NCBI GenBank assembly: GCA_023426275.1
Contig: JAFABC010000086.1
Coordinates: forward strand, 7,806 to 71,805
Reading direction: 5' to 3'
From: Pseudomonadota bacterium
GTDB taxonomy: Bacteria; Desulfobacterota; Desulfovibrionia; Desulfovibrionales; Desulfovibrionaceae
Length of the DNA: 64,000 nucleotides
The notes beneath the pieces were generated by a model that saw only the letters and a program-made list of their open reading frames with translations, did no database searches and was not told the origin of the DNA. Below, in pieces: positions 9,366 through 17,016 of the stretch. The position numbers and the translations under genes are program-made. Position 1 is the first letter of the stretch. Every line of letters begins with the position of its first letter.

Positions 9366-9732
9366 ACGAAACTCCCGGCAACAGGCTTGGTGGACCTTCG
9401 ATCGCTTGCCGATCCCGAATACTAGCGGATTCCCCTCCACGCGGCAAACCGGCAAGACCGGCCGGCCGGGAAATCGGTGCTTTCCTCTGCGGCGACAACA
9501 GGAAATATTCCGACCACGCGGCATGTTATGGCCATGGACGCGCGCGGGCTCTCAGCCGGCGGGATTTACGCTCGACGTCGTATCGCCCATGGCATACGAA
9601 AAAACGCCCGCCGTGCTTCGTGAGGGATGACAGCCACACGCGCCACGGAATCGAAAAAGCCGCGCACAGGAAGCGACGCCAACAGGATGCAAGCCGTTTA
9701 CGCGGTCTTGCCGAAGCCGAAACGAGGTTGCC

Positions 9733-11205
9733 ATGCACATGCCAGCGCATCCCGTACTCCAGTACCGATGGGCGGTGCGGGAGAGTCGAGACGGGAAGGC
9801 CCTTGTCTATTATGGCCTTCGCAATCCGCCCCACCACCAGGAAACGGTCCTGCCCGTATCGGAGGGTTTGGCCGCGGCCCTGACCGGGCTCGACGGAGCG
9901 ACCTCCCTGGACAGCCTGCCTGGGGCCGTGCGCGAAAGCGAGGACTTCCTGCGACTGGTCGCACAGGGGATCGTGGTGGACAAGCAGGACCAGCGGCAGC
10001 CGTCCACGGCCGAGCACAAGCGGACCTGCACCCGCTGCGTGGCCGATGACCACTTGCTGCCGGGGCTGGAGTTCGATGCCCGGGGCGTGTGCGCCTTCTG
10101 CCAGTGCTACGAGCAGGCCGAGCAAGCGGGAGCTTCCGCCGGGCCGCGCAATGCGGTGGACGATGCCGCGTTGCTGTCCATCGCCGCAGGCAACAAAGAC
10201 TCGCGCTTCGACGTCATGGTCCTTTGCACCGGCGGCAAGGATTCCACCTTTCTGCTGTGGTACCTGGCGAAAAAACTGGGGCTGCGCGTCCTGGCCGCGT
10301 CCTGGAACATGCCCTACACCAACGACGCCTGCCGCGGGAACATCCGCCGCGCCCTCGAACTGCTGCCGGATGTCGAACTGGTGGAACGCACCCTGCCGGT
10401 CAACGCCGTCCGGGACGCCATGCGCGCGCAGTTCGGCCGGGTGGGAGCGCCATGCCTGTGCCCGACCGTGGCCCATGTCCTTTTCTTCCCACTCGCCGCC
10501 GCGGAACGGATTCCGGTGGTCATGCAGGGCGTCGAGGAAGTCCAGCTCGCGGTCATGAGCCATGTCATGCGCAACCTGCAAGGAGGCAAGGGACCGGACC
10601 GGACCGAGCCCCCATCCATCCGCGAGCAGACGCTTCAATTCCTGGGGATGGCGGCCAGCGCACCCGAACCGCCCGATCCGTTTTCCCTCATGGCGGACTA
10701 TACCCGCTACCAACGGTCCATCCGAAGCAACCTGAACCCGATCTACGGGCCGCTTGATCGCCTCCTGACGCGAGCCAGGGAGGACGCCTCCGTTTTTGTG
10801 CCGCAATTCCTCCGCTTAAAAACGAATGCGCTCTACGGCTCCTGGAAGGACGTCGCGGCGTTGATGCACAAGGAAATGGACTGGAAGATGCCCCCGGGAC
10901 AAAAGGGGTTGCTGCATACCAGCTGCCGCATCGAAAAAGTCAAGGACTACTGCCAGTACATGCGATTTCGCAACATGCGCTCCACCGCCTTTCCGCAGTC
11001 CATCGTGGAAGTGAGCGCCGGGGTCTTCTTCGGGCTGCTCTCCCGCGAGGAGGCGTTGCGGGAGGTGGAGGAGCTCGGCTACCACCGCGAACCGGAAGTC
11101 ATGGCCGAGTTGCTCGGCGATCTGGACATAAGCGATGCGGATCGCCGCAGCCATGGCGAAACCGTTTACTCCCTTTGCGACTGCGCGTCGGGATGCCAGG
11201 AGTGA
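9733..11205 (+). CDS. Adenine-nucleotide alpha-hydrolase (PP-loop) enzyme, N-acetyl-sugar-amidotransferase-like, with an ~90-aa winged-helix/RRE-like N-terminal extension
   Basis: CTRC...CAFC metal motif, PP-loop TGGKDS, PCLC, HTSC and a C-terminal G.LSREEAL motif. GAGG RBS. Confidence 0.72.
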   Translation: MHMPAHPVLQYRWAVRESRDGKALVYYGLRNPPHHQETVLPVSEGLAAALTGLDGATSLDSLPGAVRESEDFLRLVAQGIVVDKQDQRQPSTAEHKRTCTRCVADDHLLPGLEFDARGVCAFCQCYEQAEQAGASAGPRNAVDDAALLSIAAGNKDSRFDVMVLCTGGKDSTFLLWYLAKKLGLRVLAASWNMPYTNDACRGNIRRALELLPDVELVERTLPVNAVRDAMRAQFGRVGAPCLCPTVAHVLFFPLAAAERIPVVMQGVEEVQLAVMSHVMRNLQGGKGPDRTEPPSIREQTLQFLGMAASAPEPPDPFSLMADYTRYQRSIRSNLNPIYGPLDRLLTRAREDASVFVPQFLRLKTNALYGSWKDVAALMHKEMDWKMPPGQKGLLHTSCRIEKVKDYCQYMRFRNMRSTAFPQSIVEVSAGVFFGLLSREEALREVEELGYHREPEVMAELLGDLDISDADRRSHGETVYSLCDCASGCQE

Positions 11206-11207
11206 GC

Positions 11208-12011
11208 ATGGTCGGGGAATTCCTGAATCGGACGGTGCCCATCTTCACCGAGGGCGGTTTGGCGGTTTTGCGCGACAAGGTTGTCGCCCTTGCCGGCCTT
11301 GGCGGCGTGGGCGGCGGCGCGTTCCTGGCCCTGGTCCGCTGCGGGGTGGCCCGCTTCCGGCTGGCGGAAAACGGCGTTTTCGACCCGCCGGACATGAATC
11401 GGCAGGCCGCAGCTTTCGGCCAGACCATGGGCCACCCGAAGCTCGACGTGTATATGGAGCTGGCCCGGTCCATCAATCCCGACCTGGAGCTCGAATGCTT
11501 TCCGGCAGGGATTACCGGGGACAACCTCGAACGGTTTCTGACCGGGGCCGACGCGTATGTCGGCGTCATCGACGTGGAAAAAGGCCAAGACGTCAAGGCC
11601 ATGACCCCGCCCCTGCTGCAAAAGCACGACCTGCCCATGTTCACCTGCGGGGCCATCGGCTTTGGCGCCCTGCTTGTGGCTCACGAGCCGGGCGGCATGA
11701 TGCCGGAGGAATTCTGGCGGCTCGTGCAGGAGCGGTCCGACGGCAACCAGAGCTTGCTGCCGTCGTATTTCGGGGACGTCTTCAACCGTCCGGTCATGGA
11801 GCGCATCGCCGGGGGCTGCGCGTCCGGCATCCTCCCCACAACGGCCATCGGCGCTCTGGCGGCGAATACGCTGCTCGCCTGCGAAGTCCTGACCTGCCTG
11901 CTGCGGGGAACCGGGCTGGTGGACCGTGAACCGGTCTTTGCCCCGCGATTTGCCGTGGTGGATTTCCTCAGCCAGAAACTGGTGGTGGGCGATGTGAGCC
12001 TTGGGGCCTGA
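11208..12011 (+). CDS. ThiF/E1-family adenylyltransferase
   Basis: GLGGVGG nucleotide-binding loop, FDPPDMNRQ, G.PK, INP motifs. No C-terminal CxxC Zn pairs seen. Confidence 0.85.
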   Translation: MVGEFLNRTVPIFTEGGLAVLRDKVVALAGLGGVGGGAFLALVRCGVARFRLAENGVFDPPDMNRQAAAFGQTMGHPKLDVYMELARSINPDLELECFPAGITGDNLERFLTGADAYVGVIDVEKGQDVKAMTPPLLQKHDLPMFTCGAIGFGALLVAHEPGGMMPEEFWRLVQERSDGNQSLLPSYFGDVFNRPVMERIAGGCASGILPTTAIGALAANTLLACEVLTCLLRGTGLVDREPVFAPRFAVVDFLSQKLVVGDVSLGA

Positions 12012-12069
12012 TGCATCCGCTTGCGCTCCTGCCGGGAAATGGAGCCACCGGGAACTTAAGGAGATGCGA

Positions 12070-13155
12070 ATGGGACGCGAGGAATTGATTCAAAAACTCC
12101 GGGAGTCGCACCGGGTGATCGAACCCGGCCAGGAGGTCACGATAGGGCTTTTTCGTCCCGAGGACGCCCTGGGCGTCGCCCTGGCCTATTATGAGACCTA
12201 CGGCGACACCTTCCCGCTGGAGCATGTTTACGATCCCGAGGAAATCGTCCGCCGCAACGCCACGGACGACCAATACACCGTGGTCGCCCGGACGCCGCGA
12301 GGAGAGGTTGTCGGGCTGTTCGGACTGTTTCGCCACGCCCCCGATCCCCACGTCTACGAAGCCGGCCAGCTCATGGTTCTTGGGAGTTATCGGAAAAGGC
12401 ACCTCAGTACGGAATTCAGCAAGGTGGCCCTCGACAGCCTGCCCAGGCAACTGCGGCTACCCGTGGTTTTCCTTGAGGCCGTAAGCAACCATACGGTTTC
12501 CCAGCTTATAGCGCTGCCCAGGGGCTTGGCCTTCACCGGGCTCGAGGTGGAATGCATGCCGCTCGGCGTCCACGCCAAAGAGGCCGGCGCGACCCGTAAC
12601 GTCTCGCTTTTTCTGATGTTCAAGTCGTTCGAAAAGACTTCCTGTGACGTGTATCTGCCCGAAGCCTACCGGACGTTTTGCGAGACGCTGTACGCGGAAC
12701 TGGCGCTCCCTCGAGTGTTTTCTGCCGCGGGAGCACTTGCGGGAGAGACCCAGGCGAGCCAATTTTTCCTCCAGGAGACCGGCTTGCTGCGTCTGACCGT
12801 GACCCGGGCCGGCAGGGATTTTGGCGAGGCCGTTTCCATGGCCGAAGCCAAGGCCGGCAATCAAGGCGTGGTCCAGATATATTTGAACCTTGGCGACGCG
12901 GCCGCCCCCCAGGCCGTGGAGGTGCTCCGGGACAGGGGCTATTTTCTGGCCGGTTTGCTGCCTTATTGGTTCGGCGCGGACGGCCTGCTCATGCAGAAGG
13001 TCGGGGTGGAACCGGACTGGGATGCAATCCAATGCGTTGATCGCAAAGCCGCCGCCCTACGCGCCCTGGTCCGCGAGGACTTCTCCCTCGCCAAGCGTAG
13101 GCAAACGGGTCTGCCGGAGCTGCCGGGGGACTGGGACGGGCACCCAGGCGGCTAA
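12070..13155 (+). CDS. GNAT-fold acyltransferase-like protein (paralog of the C-terminal part of 14350-15813)
   Basis: FRPEDA..VA..YY..YG..., EAGQLMVLGSYRKRHL (GNAT motif A), EAVSNHTVSQ and GYFLAGLLP are shared with 14350-15813. AAGGAG RBS. Confidence 0.7.
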   Translation: MGREELIQKLRESHRVIEPGQEVTIGLFRPEDALGVALAYYETYGDTFPLEHVYDPEEIVRRNATDDQYTVVARTPRGEVVGLFGLFRHAPDPHVYEAGQLMVLGSYRKRHLSTEFSKVALDSLPRQLRLPVVFLEAVSNHTVSQLIALPRGLAFTGLEVECMPLGVHAKEAGATRNVSLFLMFKSFEKTSCDVYLPEAYRTFCETLYAELALPRVFSAAGALAGETQASQFFLQETGLLRLTVTRAGRDFGEAVSMAEAKAGNQGVVQIYLNLGDAAAPQAVEVLRDRGYFLAGLLPYWFGADGLLMQKVGVEPDWDAIQCVDRKAAALRALVREDFSLAKRRQTGLPELPGDWDGHPGG

Positions 13156-13257
13156 CCTCTGGATAACCGCCAGGGGCCGGGCCTGGGTCGTTTTAGCCGG
13201 AAAATGTTATCCACCATCAAAAAATATCAAATTATTTCAATAGACATTCCCTATCTT

Positions 13258-13309
13258 TGCTCCTTTGGGAGCAGGATGCCGGGTGTTCAAATCACCTCGC
13301 CCCGACCAA
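13258..13309 (+). repeat. att-like copy 2 of the tRNA-Pro(TGG) 3' half
   Basis: 52-bp exact direct repeat of 6764-6815. Confidence 0.9.
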
Positions 13310-13315
13310 TGAAAT

Positions 13316-13353
13316 CAACGGCTTGCGGTGAAAATCGCAGGCCGTTTTTTGTT
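13316..13353 (+). terminator. Intrinsic terminator after the tRNA fragment
   Basis: CAACGGCTTGCGGTGAAAATCGCAGGCCGTTTTTTGTT is a hairpin plus U-tract; identical to 32715-32752. Confidence 0.8.
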
Positions 13354-13704
13354 AGAAAATTTTCAGGATACAATCTTGGGGTACAAAAAGTAAGGGGCAT
13401 TGGGCGCGGGGCTTGAAATGCCCTCCCCTGCGCCCCGCCTTGCCCCCACTTCCCCAAAAATGCTACCCGCCCGCCATGATCAAAAAAACTGAAGCGGAAA
13501 AAACTGTGGGCTCGGTTCAGAATAACCCGCAGACAGTGTGAGAAGGACCGGCCATGAAAGAACTCTGGCGTCGGGCCTGCTTTAGTTCAGCTTGAGACTA
13601 TTTTCCCAGGTTTAAAGGCATCAACCCAAAACTGTTGCCCCGTACCATACGATTTATTTCGTTTTGTGAGCAGACCCCTATCTGCTAAACCGAGGGATTG
13701 AAGC

Positions 13705-14079
13705 GTGCCATACGAAATTTCCTGGAAAGACAAAGGGATAATCTGGACATTTTATGGCGTTGTTACAGCTGGGGAGACGAGACAGGCAAGTCTGGATATC
13801 TTAGGCGATCCGCGATTTGTGGATTTGCACTATCAGATCGTCGACATCTCAACCGTTGAACAATTCAATTTGACCAGTGAGGACATGGACGAAGCTGGAG
13901 CACTGGACGAAGCTGCCACTCTCAGCAACCTTCGTATTATTGTTGCTGTCGTTGCGGCCTCAGACGATGCAATGAAAATCGCTAAGATGTACAAATCCGC
14001 TATGAGGCAGGCTAAGTGGCCCGTCGAAATTTTCCGTACTATGGACGATGCAACGGAATGGATTCGCTCCACAGGCTGA
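13705..14079 (+). CDS. Small hypothetical protein (STAS/SpoIIAA-like alpha/beta pattern)
   Basis: 124 aa, GTG start with GAGGG RBS; terminal IFRTMDDATEWI is typical of SpoIIAA-like proteins. Confidence 0.55.
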   Translation: MPYEISWKDKGIIWTFYGVVTAGETRQASLDILGDPRFVDLHYQIVDISTVEQFNLTSEDMDEAGALDEAATLSNLRIIVAVVAASDDAMKIAKMYKSAMRQAKWPVEIFRTMDDATEWIRSTG

Positions 14080-14349
14080 ATGATCGTAAAAAGGAACAGC
14101 CGTGGGCCAAGCTGCGGATGTCGCGCCGCGCCTATGAGACAGACCGGCCTTTGGCTCCGGAGGCCAACGCTCATAAGTCCGAATATTGGCCGTCTCGATG
14201 CAGCTGCCGCGCACTCAGTACCACGCGCATATCCGCCCGTAGGATCGACGCCGGCTCCGGCCAGTGCCGCTTCCAGGACAGCACGACCTGAGGGGGCTTG
14301 CGCCCCCTGTTCCGGGTTGAGGCAGAGGGTTCCTTTGGCCCCTGGCGTG

Positions 14350-15813
14350 TTACCGCGACGTTCGCAGGCGCTGCCCCTCCACGTAGCGGGCCAGGGCCTG
14401 GGTGAAGTCGCCGTAAAAGCGCAACTGCCCGATGTCGATGGGCGAAGCCAGGCGCGTCAGACGCAACACGTCGCCGTCCCCGGTCGCGTGGGGCCACACC
14501 CCTGCAAAGAAAAAGCCGGCCGCTTCCGCCCGCTCGCTAAGGCTCGGCGTGTCCGGCTGGGCCAGGGGCAAATCGAGCTCCACCACCTCGGCTCCGGCGA
14601 TCTCGACCAAATCGACAGCGGCGCGATGTAGCTCCGGCCACTGGCCGGCCTCGGCCTGGATCACCCGGATGCCCCCCTTTTGGAGGTCGCGGTCGAAGGA
14701 GACCGTGTAGTCCCCGGGAAGGGCGACCGGCGCGGGCAGCCCCGGCAACAGGGGGCGGCCGAGATTGGCGTAGATGCGCGCAACCATGTCCCGATGACGA
14801 TCGGGGATATGGACGTGGGCCGGCGGTGGGGCGACGAGATAGCTGAAGCAATGGAGCAGTGATTCCCGCTGGGGCGAGGCCTCGCCTAAGCGCATGGCCT
14901 TAAATCGCCTCGGCGGGCAGGCCGCCAGTTCAAGGCCGCAGGGCTTGCCGCCAAGCGCAAAGGCTTGGCGCTGGCTGACGGCATGGCTGGTCACGGGATT
15001 GAGCGACAGGCCAAGCAGGCCCATTTTGCCGGCTTCGGCGACCAGGGCTTCGGTCAAGGATTCCATGAGCCTGCGACCCCGATGGGCCGGCGACACGACA
15101 AGGACCGCCAGCTCGGCCATAGGCACGGGTTCCGGGCGTAAAAGCCCGGCATGGGCCGCCACCTCGCCCTGCCTGGTCACAGCCACGAAGCTGACGAGCC
15201 GGCCACTGCCCACCAGATGGATCAGCCCCTCGGGGCGGTAGAAATTCTCGTTCTTGTAGGAATAGCCGTAGGCCAGCCAGAAGATCCGGGCCACTTGCGG
15301 CGCTTCCTCGGGCCGCATTGGCCGAATGTCGTAGGGCTGCTCCGGGGCCCGCCGGATGACGGCCGCAATCTCGGCCGGCGGCGGCTCCACCGGGCGGGGC
15401 AGGCGCTTGACCAGGCACAGGGCCTTTCCCTGCTTGCCGTGGTTGGTCCAGTGCAGGGCGTCAGCGGCATGGCGGATGAGTTTGAGGCCAAGTCCCCGGG
15501 GCGCGTCGGGAGCGGGATTGGGGCGGGGCGTCAGTCCGTCGGGCGGATCGAATGGTACGCCCTCGTCTCGAAAGGACAGATGCAACTCGCTTTGCCGGAT
15601 CGTGCCGTCCACGAAGACGTCGCCGGTCGCTCCCTCGAGGTAGGCGTGGTCCCGGATGTTGAGGAAGGCTTCCTCGGCGGCCAATTCCAGGGCCAGGACG
15701 TCCTTGGCGGGCAGGCCCGCCGTTGTCGCCAGATCCCGGACATGGTTTTGGACCATGGCCAAAAACCGCCCGTCGGCCGGAACGCGCAATTGGGTCTGGA
15801 TGGGGCTTGCCAT
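14350..15813 (-). CDS. RsbW-like HATPase_c_2 Ser/Thr kinase domain fused to a GNAT domain
   Basis: ELAAEEAFLNI (N-box), DEGVPFDP, RGLGLKLI; GNAT motif VVSPAHRGRRL. Confidence 0.8.
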   Translation of the reverse strand: MASPIQTQLRVPADGRFLAMVQNHVRDLATTAGLPAKDVLALELAAEEAFLNIRDHAYLEGATGDVFVDGTIRQSELHLSFRDEGVPFDPPDGLTPRPNPAPDAPRGLGLKLIRHAADALHWTNHGKQGKALCLVKRLPRPVEPPPAEIAAVIRRAPEQPYDIRPMRPEEAPQVARIFWLAYGYSYKNENFYRPEGLIHLVGSGRLVSFVAVTRQGEVAAHAGLLRPEPVPMAELAVLVVSPAHRGRRLMESLTEALVAEAGKMGLLGLSLNPVTSHAVSQRQAFALGGKPCGLELAACPPRRFKAMRLGEASPQRESLLHCFSYLVAPPPAHVHIPDRHRDMVARIYANLGRPLLPGLPAPVALPGDYTVSFDRDLQKGGIRVIQAEAGQWPELHRAAVDLVEIAGAEVVELDLPLAQPDTPSLSERAEAAGFFFAGVWPHATGDGDVLRLTRLASPIDIGQLRFYGDFTQALARYVEGQRLRTSR

Positions 15814-16011
15814 GTTTTTTTGTATCGCCGGGAGCGTGCCCTGTCTATCAGCGCGGCAATGGGGGGAGAAACCTGCCGGCGACGGCTGCGAGAGGGATGC
15901 GTTCGCAACGCAGAGGCAGCGGTTCGTTGCCGGCAGAAAAAGCGGCCCACCTCCCGCTCTGGGCCGCGGCCTTGGATCGCGCCGTTTGAAGGTCTGAACG
16001 GTTTCTGCAGG

Positions 16012-16059
16012 GGCCTCATTTGACGCACGAAAAAAAGACTTCCCGGGTCATTCCGACTC
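16012..16059. promoter_or_regulatory. Putative tandem enhancer (bEBP) sites for AOR operon 1
   Basis: GGGTCA-TTC-CGACTC (16045-16059) and GGCCTC-ATT-TGACGC (16012-16026), 33 bp apart. Same geometry as the sites at 28673-28720. Confidence 0.5.
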
Positions 16060-16215
16060 GATTTCAAAAACACCAACGTCCGCTTCCAGTCCTTCCCGGG
16101 GCGTGGCGGACTTTTTTATGCCACGTGAGACATAATCAAATCGCCAGCAACTTTGGAACATTATCGTCGCAGAATCAAAGGGAGGGGCGAGCGGCGGCCG
16201 CGTGAATCGCATCCC

Positions 16216-16231
16216 TGGCCTTCCTCTTGCT
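16216..16231 (+). promoter_or_regulatory. Sigma54 promoter of AOR operon 1
   Basis: TGGCCTTCCTCTTGCT fits TGGC-N8-TGC with exact GG-N10-GC spacing. Confidence 0.75.
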
Positions 16232-16326
16232 CAATAGGGGTCAGGTTCTGATTCCAAATGTGCATCCAGGCCGGCAGGCCGCTGCCCGCCTGACGAGAAG
16301 TGCACCCTTTTCCTAAGGAGGCCCCC

Positions 16327-16992
16327 GTGAGCGACAATTCGACCACACCCTTGCCTGAAGCCGTGGAGACGCGTCTTCCCGACGAGCACCGGGAAGAGGC
16401 ACAGCCGGCCGAAAAGAAGTTACTCCTCAGCCGCAGAAGGATGCTCGGTTTTCTGGGCATTCAGATAGCCGCCGGCGCGCTGGCCGTCACCAATGCCGCG
16501 GCCGCGCCCAAGAACTTCAAGCCGGAGTGCACCAACCGGGGCATCACCCCGGACCAGCTGCCCAATGCCCGGGCCTGGCTCGTCACGGACCCGACCACCT
16601 GCGTCGGCTGCCGGACCTGCGAGATCGTCTGCTCCCTGTCGCACGACGACACCTGTCAGCCGGCCATTGCCCGCATCCACACCCTGTACGATCCCCTGCA
16701 CTCCCTGGGCAAGCTCTGCTCCATGACCGAGGCGTGCAAGCAGTGCAACATGGCCGACTGCTACCTGGCCTGCCAGTATGACGCCCTGGTCCTGGACAAA
16801 AAGACCGGCGCCCGGATCATCGATCCGAAGAAATGCCAGGGGTGCGGCGAATGTCTGGAGGCCTGCCCGTGGAACATGGTGGCCTACAACGAGGCCAAGA
16901 ACGTCTACTCCAAGTGCGACCTGTGCGGCGGCGATCCGTTATGCGTGAAGTATTGCCCGGCCGAGGCGATCAAGTTCGTTGAATTGGGATAA
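16327..16992 (+). CDS. Tat-signal 4x[4Fe-4S] ferredoxin-like subunit (YdhY/DmsB-like)
   Basis: SRRRMLGFLG twin-arginine motif, hydrophobic h-region and NAAA cleavage site; four Cys clusters (CVGCRTC..C, CKQC..C..C, CQGCGEC..CP, CDLC..C..CP). GTG start after AAGGAGG. Confidence 0.88.
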   Translation: MSDNSTTPLPEAVETRLPDEHREEAQPAEKKLLLSRRRMLGFLGIQIAAGALAVTNAAAAPKNFKPECTNRGITPDQLPNARAWLVTDPTTCVGCRTCEIVCSLSHDDTCQPAIARIHTLYDPLHSLGKLCSMTEACKQCNMADCYLACQYDALVLDKKTGARIIDPKKCQGCGECLEACPWNMVAYNEAKNVYSKCDLCGGDPLCVKYCPAEAIKFVELG

Positions 16993-17016
16993 CCCCCTTT
17001 GCAAGGAGCAGCTACG

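Noticed and set aside
9366..9732. RiPP precursor peptide in the divergent intergenic region
   Set aside because: The short ORFs there lack an RBS and any leader/core character.
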